Shown here piece after piece: positions 49,036 to 58,673 of a DNA stretch of 64,000 bases (its first letter is position 1; each line of letters opens with the position of its first letter). Under the pieces are notes generated by a model. It saw only the letters and a list, made by a program, of their open reading frames with translations, searched no databases and was not told the DNA's origin. This DNA is from Terriglobia bacterium (GTDB lineage Bacteria > Acidobacteriota > Terriglobia > 20CM-2-55-15), in NCBI GenBank assembly GCA_965218585.1, contig CBDCLE010000014.1:1-64000 (forward strand). The letters run 5' to 3'. Both the position numbers and the translations under genes were made by a program.

Positions 49036-49400
49036 TAGAAGCAGGCGTGCTGGGGAAACTGGTTTAAAGAACTGAAAGAACTCGCGCGTTCCGTGCCGTA
49101 ATTCGGAACTAATGAATGAGTGAACCCGAAACAGCGGTCCGTTTTTCGGTTGGCGATGTCGTTCAACACGAACTGTTCGACTACCGGGGTGTCGTTATCG
49201 GCGTTGATCCGCAGTTTGCAGGAACCGACGAGTGGTACGAAACCGTGGCACGTTCCAGACCGCCGAAGGATCGTCCTTGGTATCACGTACTGCCTCACGG
49301 GGCCGCACATCAGACTTACGTGGCTGATCGCAACCTCCGATCAGATCACTCTGGCCACCCTATTGAGCATCCCTTGGTTGAGGTCTACTTCACTCACTTC

Positions 49401-50765
49401 GAGGTCGTTCCAATCGGTGTGTAAAAAGAGAAGGCGGTGTACGCTTTCGGTGAATTCGAAACCGTAAGCAATCCCGGCAGCAATCGGGAGAAAGGTACAC
49501 CACCCATGAAGAAGAAGAACATACCGGCATCAGTGGCGTCAACGAACGCGTATGAAGGTTTGGAGGACTGGGCGCGATCCCGGGTCCAAGTCTGGCTACA
49601 GGAGCTGCTCGAGGACGAAGTCACTCAATTTCTGGGTCGGGAAAAGTTGGAGCGGAGTCCGAATCGACGAGGATACCGGAACGGTCACGGGAAACCGCGA
49701 CGCTTCGCAATGGTGAACGGTACGATGGAGGTTCGACGACCTCGGGTTCGAAACACCGCCGAGCGGTTCGAGAGTCAGATCCTGCCGTATTTTCGACGGA
49801 AATCGAAACAGCTGGGCGAGCTACTTCCCGATCTCTACCTCCACGGTCTGGCCACAGGGGACTTCGAGCAGGCCATGCGCGGACTGCTTGGCGCTGGCGC
49901 TCCGTTGTCGCGAGCATCGATCCAACGACTGAAATCGACCTGGCAGTTGGAGTATGACGAGTGGGTCCAGCAGGACCTGTCCGGCCTCGAGGTCGTGTAC
50001 CAGTGGGCAGACGGCTTGTACGTGAAAGCGGGGATCGCGAAAGAGCGAGCGGCATTGCTGGTGATCATCGGAGCCTTGTCAGACGGGCGCAAAGTGCTGT
50101 TGGCCTGTGAGAGCGGGCAGCGGGAAAGCAAGGAGTCCTGGAGCCGCATTCTGCGCAATCTCCAGAGACGGGGCCTGAAGCTGGGACGGCTGACTGTCGC
50201 GGACGGTCACCTGGGCATCTGGTCCGCGCTGGCCGAGCAACAGCCCCAGGGCCAGGAACAACGCTGCTGGAACCACAAGTCGATCAACGTGGTCGATCAT
50301 CTGCCGAAGACCGAGCAGCCCGCGGCCAGACAGCTGCTTCATGGGATGGCCTTCGCGAACTCCCGCGCGGCCTGCGAACGAAAGCGGGATCAGTTCGTCC
50401 GCCGATATGAGAAGAACTATCCCAAAGCGGGTGAGACGCTGTTGCGGGACTGGGACCGGATGATTACTTTCTATGAGTTCCCGAAACAACACTGGGTGCA
50501 TCTGAGAACGACCAACATCGTCGAGTCGCCCTTCGACATGGTTCGCCTCCGCACCAACGCCGCTCGCCGATTCAAGCGTGTCGAGAATGCAACGGCAATG
50601 ATCTGGAAGCTACTACGTGTCGCTGAGAAGGCTTGGCGACACTTAAAAGGATCCGAACTCTTACAAGAGGTCTATGATGGTCAGCAATTCGCTGACGGCA
50701 TCAGAGTCGTGATGAAATCGAAGGCCGCCGCCTGATGACTTTTACACACCTTTTGTAATGACCTC
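49401..50765 (+). mobile_element. IS256-family element, copy 4
   Basis: TIRs plus perfect 8-bp TSD ctcacttc (49393-49400 and 50766-50773). Confidence 0.97.
49506..50735 (+). CDS. IS256-family transposase
   Basis: Nearly identical to copies 1 and 3. Confidence 0.96.
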   Translation: MKKKNIPASVASTNAYEGLEDWARSRVQVWLQELLEDEVTQFLGREKLERSPNRRGYRNGHGKPRRFAMVNGTMEVRRPRVRNTAERFESQILPYFRRKSKQLGELLPDLYLHGLATGDFEQAMRGLLGAGAPLSRASIQRLKSTWQLEYDEWVQQDLSGLEVVYQWADGLYVKAGIAKERAALLVIIGALSDGRKVLLACESGQRESKESWSRILRNLQRRGLKLGRLTVADGHLGIWSALAEQQPQGQEQRCWNHKSINVVDHLPKTEQPAARQLLHGMAFANSRAACERKRDQFVRRYEKNYPKAGETLLRDWDRMITFYEFPKQHWVHLRTTNIVESPFDMVRLRTNAARRFKRVENATAMIWKLLRVAEKAWRHLKGSELLQEVYDGQQFADGIRVVMKSKAAA

Positions 50766-50809
50766 CTCACTTCATCGATGGGCGGTATGTTAGTGGCCGG
50801 ATGAACTAG

Positions 50810-51079
50810 TGACCTGTAACACCCATATTGGGACCAGCGTTACGGCCAAACGGCATTGGATTCTAGGAGTCAGCGACGAGGAAATGCTTCGTCATTGCGA
50901 GGAACTGACGACAACGTAAGACGATGCCGTTTCGCCGTAACCCTACGGGCCGATGGGGGTTGCGGGCGATATCTTTGTTACGAGCCGTCATGGATGCAAA
51001 AACATCAATTTCCGTCTCGCGCCGCGATCTCGCCCGCAAGACCCATCGGCGATGGTCCCAATATGGGTGTTACAGGTCA
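50810..51079. mobile_element. 270-bp MITE with perfect 27-bp TIRs and flanking CTAG
   Basis: tgacctgtaacacccatattgggacca ... tggtcccaatatgggtgttacaggtca; ctag on both sides (50806-50809, 51080-51083). Confidence 0.88.
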
Positions 51080-51149
51080 CTAGGCGGAAACAGCCGAGTG
51101 TGTCGAGTCACCGCTATCGAAGCAACGAATCAAAAGGGAGGCGACCACA

Positions 51150-51392
51150 ATGGGCACAGACGTTCAGGCGGCCCGACAAGGCTTGCTGAAATTCATCGCG
51201 AAGAAGGGCGACTCGATCCCCATGCGGGATCTTCACACCCATAGCCTCGTCTTTTATCAGGCTGGGCATCAGGCATTCTCGCAACTCATGGAAGGTCTCG
51301 TTGCCGACGAGCTCGTCACCGTCGACGCCGCTGCCGGGATGTTTCAGCTGACAGACAAGGGACGGGCCTCGCTCGAGGGCCAAGTCTCCTAG
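51150..51392 (+). CDS. Small hypothetical protein, winged-helix-like
   Basis: RBS gggagg; C-terminal FQLTDKGRASL. Confidence 0.65.
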   Translation: MGTDVQAARQGLLKFIAKKGDSIPMRDLHTHSLVFYQAGHQAFSQLMEGLVADELVTVDAAAGMFQLTDKGRASLEGQVS

Positions 51393-51413
51393 CCGTTGCC
51401 ATGTTCGAGTGGC

Positions 51414-51815
51414 CTACCTGACAAAGATCTCCATAATGTCCACCGGGGACGAACCGCTGTTGCGGAAACCGTGTCGTGTACGAGCGTTCATATAGTACGG
51501 CTGCCAGGGTGGCAACTCCACCGATTGAGCGCCCTCGAGGTCGAGCGTCATCGCGCCTGTAATCGGCACGAAAAGGTGGAATCTGACGTCGTCGTGGGAG
51601 TGCATCACCCGCGTCCCACCGGCCTCTACCACGACCCGGAGCGCACGGACCTCCGGCTGGTCACGTAACACTGCATTGCTCACACCTACGTTGCCGGGAC
51701 CGGTGAGCGGTCGGAGCGGAGTCGAGCGGTCGCCGGTGACGATGGTGGTTTGCGCTGCCAGTGCGACCAGGGATAGCGACACGAGTCCGATCACGAGAAC
51801 GGTGAATCGTCGCAT
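51414..51815 (-). CDS. Secreted cupin-domain protein
   Basis: Signal peptide; MHSH..H and HGFRN cupin motifs. Confidence 0.8.
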   Translation of the reverse strand: MRRFTVLVIGLVSLSLVALAAQTTIVTGDRSTPLRPLTGPGNVGVSNAVLRDQPEVRALRVVVEAGGTRVMHSHDDVRFHLFVPITGAMTLDLEGAQSVELPPWQPYYMNARTRHGFRNSGSSPVDIMEIFVR

Positions 51816-51899
51816 GGAGTCCTCCTTAAGGTAAGTTGTTGACCAGACTGCCCGGGCTTATTCGATTACTTTATCCTACAGAAAACCGGTTCGAGAGGC

Positions 51900-54500
51900 T
51901 TACTCCGCTCTCAGAGCGGTGACAGGATCGACCTGACTCGCTCGCCTGGCAGGCACGTATGCGGCCAGGATTGCCGCACCGGCCAACACTGCGGGTACGG
52001 TAACGAAGGTGAACGGATCCGCCGAAGCGACACCGAACAGGAGTCTGCCGAGCAGGCGGCTCACTGCAAGGGCCAGCGTTAGGCCGATCACCCCACCTAC
52101 CGCCACCAACCTGAGGCCGCTTTGCATCAGCAGTCGGACTACCCCACCCGGCGTGGCTCCGAGCGACATTCGAATCCCAACCTCTCGAGTCCGTTGGGAC
52201 ACAGCATAGCTGACGACTCCATAGAGGCCCACACTCGCCAAAGCCAGCGCCAACCCGGCAAAGACAGAGAGAAGGAGCGCAGACAATCGTGCCGGGAGCA
52301 ACACGACGCCCAGATGCCTGTCCATCGTCTTGGTTTCCCAAACCCAGAATTCGGGATCGAGCCCTCGACCCGTCGCCAGCATTTCCAGCGCCAGTCGTTC
52401 GGGATCGCGCGAGGTTCGGGCGACCACCGTCAGAAACGAAGAGTAGGACTGGCTGTAGGGAACGTAGATGAAGGAACGCGGTGCCTCGCCCAGCGAGCGG
52501 ACTTTCGCGTCGCCGGCTACTCCGATTACAAGGAGATCGGGATCGTCATCTCGCCGGATCACGCGGCCCACCGCTTCGTCCGGTGACGACCAGAACCTGC
52601 GCGCCATGGCTTCGCTGACGATTGCGACCCGCGGCCTGTCGGGCAGGTCTGTATCGCTGAAATTCCGCCCTCTCAAGATCCGAATCCCAGCGGCGTCATA
52701 GAAGCCGGGATCCACGGTCGCTCGATCAGCCGTATGCCCCTCTCTATCCGGTGGGGGCTCCACTCCGTCCACGTTGAATCCGATCGACTGAGTGCTGAGG
52801 GTGTTCAGATGAAGGTTATCGATCATCCCTACGGCTTCCACACCGGGCAACTGTCCAAACCGGTCCAACATCCCCCGGGCAAACACCCTGCCTTCGTCCT
52901 CGGTGAAGCGCGTGCCTGGGACCATCACGGTGAGGATTGCCGCCGGGTCCCGCCCGAACCCGGGGTCCACAGATTGCACCTGCTGAAAACTACGCAGGAA
53001 GAGTCCCGCGCCAACCAGCAGAATGAGTGAAACAGTAACCTGTGCAACCACCAGGGCGTTCCTCAACGTCCACTTCCCGGATCGCCGGGCGCCCACAGTT
53101 TCGTCTTTCAGTGTCGACGCCAGGTTGGGTCTTGTGCTCTGAAGCGCAGGGACAAGCCCGAGAAATAGGCCGGCGATCAGGGAGATCAAAAGGCTGAATC
53201 CAAGAACAGTCCAATCGAGACCAAGATCCAGTGTGACGGGAAGCGGAAGGTCGGTCCCAAGCAGGAATCGTAGCGACCCGGCAGCGACCACCACGCCGGC
53301 CACGCCCCCTGAAAGTCCGAGCATGACGGTCTCGGTCAGAAGTTGACCGACCAACCCCCGGCGGTTGGCTCCCAATGCCAGCCGCAGCGCAATCTCCTTC
53401 CGTCGATCCAGGGCCTGGGCCAGAAGGAAACTTGCCAGGTTCATGCACGCCATGAGAAGCACGAGTCCGACGACGATCATCAGCAACCAAGCAGCGGCAC
53501 GCACGAACCGATCGAAGGGTGGGAACAGCAACACTTCCTCTGTCGGGACAAGCAGAAACGTAGCCCGCGGGTCCCAGTCATCGGTCTGGGCCTCGGCGAG
53601 GCGAAGCGCCACTCCCTCAGTCGCCACCTGTGCCTCGGCCATCGAGACGCCGGCCTTCAGACGTGCCTTGACAAAAATGGAGTGATTGCCCCGCGCCTCC
53701 ATCTCATCCCGGGTGGTCGCCATCAGCTCGTTCGTCATCATGATCGGCACAAAAAGGGGTGGCTCAAGACCCCGGAGATTCCCGGTGTAATCCACGGGGG
53801 CAACACCCACGACCGTGTAGGGGCGCCCGCTCAATCGAATCGCCTGCCCTACAACGTCCGGATCTCCACCAAAAGCACCCTGCCAGTAACCGTGGGAAAG
53901 GACGACCACCGGATGGGCTCCCGGGTCCAGGTCGTCTTCGGGGAGAAGAGTCCTCCCGATCTCGGCTTCCACTCCCAACAGGGTGAAATAGTTTCCGCTT
54001 ACAGCCTCGCCGAGGAGCATCTCGATGGCGCCGTCCCGATCGACCTGCGCCAGGATTGCCCGGGTAGCCGACACACCGGTAAAGACCTCTCCGGTTTCAT
54101 CCCTGAGGTCCCTGAAATCGGGATAAGAGAACGTGTTATACGGAAAGTCGGGTGTGGAGATGTAGAGGTTTACGAGTTCCTCAGGGGCTCTGAGGGGAGG
54201 TTCCCGAAGCAGTATGGCATTGATTAAACTAAAGATAGCGGTGTTTGCTCCGATGCCCACCGCTAGAGAAAGGACTGCGATCAGAGTGAAGCCCGGCTTG
54301 CGGCCCAACCGCCGAGCGCCATACCGGAGATTTCGCCAGAGAAGTCGGGAGTGAGAATCCCCACGTTCTGATGCTGGCCGGACCTGATCTGCTCGCAAAC
54401 CGACCTCCTTAACTTTTCGAACCAGCGAATGTGCGAGTTCCACCAAATTGAGGTAGCGAAGACGAGGCGTATCCGGCTGTTTCTTGTTCGAAGACATCAA
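51900..54500 (-). CDS. Duplicated orphan ABC permease (ADOP, two MacB/FtsX repeats)
   Basis: LRYGARRL..PGFTL.AVLSLAVGIGANTAIFS; EIALRLALGA; REVGIRMSLGA; PARRASQVDP..ALRAE; true start uncertain. Confidence 0.92.
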   Translation of the reverse strand: MMSSNKKQPDTPRLRYLNLVELAHSLVRKVKEVGLRADQVRPASERGDSHSRLLWRNLRYGARRLGRKPGFTLIAVLSLAVGIGANTAIFSLINAILLREPPLRAPEELVNLYISTPDFPYNTFSYPDFRDLRDETGEVFTGVSATRAILAQVDRDGAIEMLLGEAVSGNYFTLLGVEAEIGRTLLPEDDLDPGAHPVVVLSHGYWQGAFGGDPDVVGQAIRLSGRPYTVVGVAPVDYTGNLRGLEPPLFVPIMMTNELMATTRDEMEARGNHSIFVKARLKAGVSMAEAQVATEGVALRLAEAQTDDWDPRATFLLVPTEEVLLFPPFDRFVRAAAWLLMIVVGLVLLMACMNLASFLLAQALDRRKEIALRLALGANRRGLVGQLLTETVMLGLSGGVAGVVVAAGSLRFLLGTDLPLPVTLDLGLDWTVLGFSLLISLIAGLFLGLVPALQSTRPNLASTLKDETVGARRSGKWTLRNALVVAQVTVSLILLVGAGLFLRSFQQVQSVDPGFGRDPAAILTVMVPGTRFTEDEGRVFARGMLDRFGQLPGVEAVGMIDNLHLNTLSTQSIGFNVDGVEPPPDREGHTADRATVDPGFYDAAGIRILRGRNFSDTDLPDRPRVAIVSEAMARRFWSSPDEAVGRVIRRDDDPDLLVIGVAGDAKVRSLGEAPRSFIYVPYSQSYSSFLTVVARTSRDPERLALEMLATGRGLDPEFWVWETKTMDRHLGVVLLPARLSALLLSVFAGLALALASVGLYGVVSYAVSQRTREVGIRMSLGATPGGVVRLLMQSGLRLVAVGGVIGLTLALAVSRLLGRLLFGVASADPFTFVTVPAVLAGAAILAAYVPARRASQVDPVTALRAE

Positions 54501-54836
54501 AACGTCCTTCGATTCGGTGAACCTTCGCTGTCATGACTTACAACGCTTACTAGTCGAAGTGGTTAACACCTCTGCGGAAAACTCTGTTCTGAAGTTCCTG
54601 GGCAGATTCTCTATTTCTTCGCAAAACGAGCAACTGCTCTTGGTGTTAGTTGATGTCGGAATGAGGGGGTTCACTCTTCAGAATTGGACAGTCGATGCCA
54701 GAGTTTAGTTGCCGCCGAAGGACTTCCCTCATAGAATTCCCGAAGTATTCGTATTCGCCGCTATCGGGAGCCCCTCTGACGCCCTCGGTAGCAGAGCGCA
54801 GCGTGCTGCACGGCAAGGCTGGCGTTGTATTCGACA

Positions 54837-55247
54837 ATGGAGACGAAAATGAATAGAAGGATCATTCTATGCGCGGTGACGGCGCTGCTGTTTGGTGGGT
54901 TTTTCTCTGCCGGAATCGCCCACCATTCGGTCGGCGCTGCTTATGACATGACGGCGGAAGGGACGATTGCAGGAACGGTTGTCCGCTTTGAGTGGACCAA
55001 CCCGCACAGCTGGCTCTGGATGGATGTCGAAAACCCTGACGAAACAGTGACCCGATGGGGATTTGAAGGCATGAGTCCAAACTTCATTGCCCGGCGCGGA
55101 TGGGACAAGAACAGCGTGCAGCCCGGTGACCAAATCGAAGCCCTGTTCTTTCCACTCAAGAACGGCGAGTCGGGTGGCACGCTGCTACGGGTTACCTTCG
55201 ATGACGGGACAGAAAAAATAATGTGGAACCGCCGCGCGGATCCATAG
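54837..55247 (+). CDS. Secreted DUF6152-type protein
   Basis: Signal peptide then HHS..YD; FEWTNPH; W.FE..SP; PGD. Confidence 0.82.
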   Translation: METKMNRRIILCAVTALLFGGFFSAGIAHHSVGAAYDMTAEGTIAGTVVRFEWTNPHSWLWMDVENPDETVTRWGFEGMSPNFIARRGWDKNSVQPGDQIEALFFPLKNGESGGTLLRVTFDDGTEKIMWNRRADP

Positions 55248-55256
55248 GAGGCCACA

Positions 55257-56101
55257 GTGGGAGGCGTTACCCGAGTAAAAGCGATTGCGACTTTCTTTTT
55301 TGTTCTGGTCGTGACCATGACTGTGCCCGCAGGGGCACAGGGGCCCGAACCGGTTCGGGACATCACGATGGAAGGCGGCGTCTCTGTCGGCATCGGCGCC
55401 CGAGCCACTGAAGGGAGTGTTCTTCACCCGCGACGATCCGGTAGAGAAGAATCCCCCAGCCTCGATGCGGGCGTGGTTCGGACTGGATCGAACGGCGCTG
55501 GAAGCTCGTGGTGTGGACGTGGGTTCTGCGGTCATCAGCCACAAGGAAGGGCTGCGCCTGGGACCTGCCCGGTTTGTGGCGCGAGGTCTGGACGACCGGG
55601 CGGGCACGACCGCTTTGTTGCTCGCGATCAATGCTCTCGATCCTGGCGATCTTTCCAGCCGCGTGATCTTCACTTTCTCGGTCCACGAAGAAGGAGGTCT
55701 GGTGGGCGCGGGAGCCATGGCGCGGCGGTTCGGTTCCTCCGCAGCACGGATTTATTCAGTCGATACGTTCGTATCTTCAGACACACCTTTGGAATCGCCC
55801 CACTTCGGGTATACGAAGCTGGGAAGTGGTCCGGTTCTTCGTGCTATAGAAAGCTCAAGCATTGCTCCGGACCGCGAGCGAGATCGCGTGTCGGAAATTG
55901 GACGTGCTGCAGACGTTCTTCTGCAGACAGGCATTGCTCAAGGGGGCACGGATGGGACCCAGTTCACTTTCTGGGGTGCACCTAATCTAGCGCTCTCCTG
56001 GTCGGGTCGCTACAGTCATACTCCCCGGTGAAGTGCTCGATCTCCGGGACCTGACCGATCTTGCCGATCTCGTTTTGGCCGTTGCTCTTGCCCCCGAGTA
56101 G
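55257..56101 (+). pseudogene. M42-family aminopeptidase remnant (internal deletion and frameshifts)
   Basis: Signal-like start in one frame; LDDRAG, HEEGG, GGTDG, RYSHTP in another; tail GEVLDLRDL..* after a C-run slip. Confidence 0.75.
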
Positions 56102-56122
56102 CCCTCGGCCAAAACATCCAGC

Positions 56123-56175
56123 TGTAGGGGCGGTCTGTGACCGCCCACTAGGTGCGCTCACAGAGCGCACCTACA
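56123..56175. repeat. GTAG-type REP doublet
   Basis: tgtaggggcggtctgtgaccgccc..ggtgcgctcacagagcgcacctaca; second copy at 62580. Confidence 0.8.
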
Positions 56176-56244
56176 GATCTGGTCGACTTTCTCGAAAAAC
56201 CCCTCGGTTCCTCCAACACGTACTAAAGTTATCTTGAACGTTTC

Positions 56245-57003
56245 GTGGGTTACTGTTTGGAATATCTACTTATTGCCATCGCCGCTCTGGTCGCCGGAAC
56301 CATGAATGCCGTGGCGGGGGGCGGATCCTTCTTTACTTTCCCGGCGCTAGTATTCATCGGCGTACCCCCGATCATTGCCAATGCGTCCAGCACGGTAGCC
56401 CTGTTCCCAGCTTCTTTTGCCAGCGCCTGGGCGTATCGGAACGACCGCGAGAACTTTGGCGACGTGTCGTTCAAGGCCATGGTTCTGGTGAGTGTCTTGG
56501 GCGGCGCCACCGGAGCCATCGTATTGCTGTCGCTGCCCGAAGCGGCGTTCGACTTCATCATTCCGTGGCTCCTTCTGGTGGCGACCCTGGCCTTCGCGTT
56601 CGGTCCATACCTGATCCCCCTGCTGAGGAGAGCTGCCCGGCCCAACACCACGGTGTTTGTCGTCCTCCAGTTTTTCCTTGCGCTCTATGGCGGGTACTTC
56701 GGCGGAGCTGTTGGCCTGATCATGCTTTCTTCGTGGAGTTTGTTCGGGTTCAGAGAACTCCGGATGATGAACGCGAACAAGACGTTGCTCGGGGGGTTAA
56801 TGAACGCCGCAGCCGTTGTCATCTTCGTCGCGGCCCGTCGCGTGTTCTGGACCGAGACCCTCATCATGCTCGCCGTGGCCATAGTCGGGGGGTATGGGGG
56901 CGCGCGTCTTGCCCGCCAGGCGAATCCCGTCGTCGTGCGCGTGATAATTACGATCATCAGCGTCGGTGTGACGATCGCCTTCTTTGTGCGAAACTATTCC
57001 TAG
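56245..57003 (+). CDS. TauE/SafE-family sulfite exporter
   Basis: NAVAGGGS..FPAL, ANASST, YGGYFGG; multi-TM. Confidence 0.9.
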   Translation: MGYCLEYLLIAIAALVAGTMNAVAGGGSFFTFPALVFIGVPPIIANASSTVALFPASFASAWAYRNDRENFGDVSFKAMVLVSVLGGATGAIVLLSLPEAAFDFIIPWLLLVATLAFAFGPYLIPLLRRAARPNTTVFVVLQFFLALYGGYFGGAVGLIMLSSWSLFGFRELRMMNANKTLLGGLMNAAAVVIFVAARRVFWTETLIMLAVAIVGGYGGARLARQANPVVVRVIITIISVGVTIAFFVRNYS

Positions 57004-57022
57004 TATTTGAGGGGACCGAGCC

Positions 57023-58609
57023 ATGAGTTGGGTCAAAGTCGCACCATTATCCAGACTCGCTGAGAAGCCCGCTGTTTTCAAGCACCCTCCGCGCCAGATC
57101 AGCGTCTTCAAGGTCGACGATCGTGTTTTTGCGATCGACAACCGCTGCCCGCACGAAGGGTACCCTCTGGCTGCCGGCACGGTGGACGCCGACTGCGTGG
57201 TGACCTGCAACTGGCACAACTGGAAATTTCGTCTTGAAGATGGCGAATGCCTGGTCGGCGGAGATCACGTGCGCAGCTATCCCACGCGTGTTGAAGATGG
57301 ATACGCGTGGGTGGACGTGACCGAACCGCCCATTGAAGAGTTGCGGGCGGAGGTTCTCCGTGGCCTGCGGACAGCATTTGACGACCGCGACTCCGGCCGG
57401 ATCTGCCGGGAGATTGCCCGGCTTCACTATCAGAAGATCGACCCGCTGGATGCAGTGCGCGAAGCCCTCCGATGGGCGCACGATCGTTTCGAATACGGCA
57501 CGCGCCACTCGATGGCCGCCGCTGCCGACTGGCTGGTTCTGGCTGATGAATTTGGGTCGGACCTGGAACCCCGTCTGGTGTGTCTGGCCGAAGCCGTCGA
57601 TCACCTGGCCTGGGATGCCCTGCGTCACGGGGAATATCCTTTTCCGGACCGGTCCGAACCGTTCGAGGCCTCCAGGTTCGTTGCCGCGATCGAAGCCGAG
57701 CAGGTTGTCGATGCCGAAGCCATGGTCGTTGGCGGACTGGAGGCGGGCCTTCATTGGGCGGACATGGAAGAAGCCTTTGCCACGGCTGCCCTGGCCCACT
57801 ACAACAGTTTTGGACACTCCATCATCTACGTTTCGAAAACGCCGTCTCTGCTCGATGCTCTGGGCCGGGAGGTTGAACCTTACGTTCTCCTGCCGCTGGT
57901 CCGGCATCTGGCCAATGCCACGCGCGAGGATCTCATTCCGGAATTCAAGCAGTACCGACCGGTGCTTGAAGGCCTCACCAAAACCGGCGTTTCAGATAAC
58001 GGTCCGGATCTGAGAGTCCCGTTCCCAATCTCGACTCGCGGCGCCTTGGCATGGGTAAACGAGAACATCTCGGGCCACGCTCCCCTCCGAATGTACGACG
58101 CCCTGCTCAGGGGACTGGCAGAGAGCATGCTTTGCTTTGATACCAGTTACGGTTTTGCCTCGGACCGGCCCGTCAGCCAGAACATCAGCTGGCTGGACTT
58201 CACCCACGGCATTACGTTTTCAAACGCCATACGCGCCATGTGCGGGAAGTACCCAGGGCTCTGGCCCGAGGGGCTGCTCCAGATGGCATGTTTTCTGGGA
58301 AGGAATTTCGATTTTCTGGATAAAGGAATAGAGGCCGAGGACTGGCGCGTTTCTGACAGCAAGACATTCTTTGATGGCGTATTTGACAAGCTGATGGATC
58401 ACGGTCTGCGCGATTCGATCTTTTCTGCACACCTGCTCAAGACCAGCATTGCCGTTCGCACGGAATTGAACCAAGCCTCACCTGAAACAGGCGATCTCTT
58501 GCTGGCCAGCCTGAACCGGTTTCTGAATTCACCGCTCAAGACCAAGCATGTGCGCCGCCTGGCGCGTCAGGCCATTGCTCTGGTCGCCCGGGATTTCGAA
58601 GGGGATTAG
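57023..58609 (+). CDS. Rieske [2Fe-2S] domain fused to an uncharacterised helical domain
   Basis: NRCPHEGYPL..VTCNWHNWKF followed by about 420 aa with recurrent His motifs. Confidence 0.85.
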   Translation: MSWVKVAPLSRLAEKPAVFKHPPRQISVFKVDDRVFAIDNRCPHEGYPLAAGTVDADCVVTCNWHNWKFRLEDGECLVGGDHVRSYPTRVEDGYAWVDVTEPPIEELRAEVLRGLRTAFDDRDSGRICREIARLHYQKIDPLDAVREALRWAHDRFEYGTRHSMAAAADWLVLADEFGSDLEPRLVCLAEAVDHLAWDALRHGEYPFPDRSEPFEASRFVAAIEAEQVVDAEAMVVGGLEAGLHWADMEEAFATAALAHYNSFGHSIIYVSKTPSLLDALGREVEPYVLLPLVRHLANATREDLIPEFKQYRPVLEGLTKTGVSDNGPDLRVPFPISTRGALAWVNENISGHAPLRMYDALLRGLAESMLCFDTSYGFASDRPVSQNISWLDFTHGITFSNAIRAMCGKYPGLWPEGLLQMACFLGRNFDFLDKGIEAEDWRVSDSKTFFDGVFDKLMDHGLRDSIFSAHLLKTSIAVRTELNQASPETGDLLLASLNRFLNSPLKTKHVRRLARQAIALVARDFEGD

Positions 58610-58615
58610 GGGAGG

Positions 58616-58673
58616 AAAAAGTGGGGACAGGTCACTCTTTTGCCGCAAAAAGAGTGACCTGTCCCCGCTTTTT
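58616..58673. terminator. Long hairpin between convergent genes, probable bidirectional terminator
   Basis: aaaaagtggggacaggtcactctttt-gccgca-aaaagagtgacctgtccccgcttttt. Confidence 0.75.

Larger units (their letters stand above)
49116..50809 (+). pseudogene. hspQ: Heat shock protein HspQ/YccV, 3' end displaced by IS256 copy 4
   Basis: FSVGDVV.H.LFDYRGVV..VDP.F..PWYHVL..TYVA; original tail IDGRYVSGRMN* at 50774-50809 (106 aa restored). Confidence 0.88.

Noticed and set aside
54545-54600. ctagtcgaagtggttaacacc as a possible IS end
   Set aside because: No partner IR or transposase fragment found.
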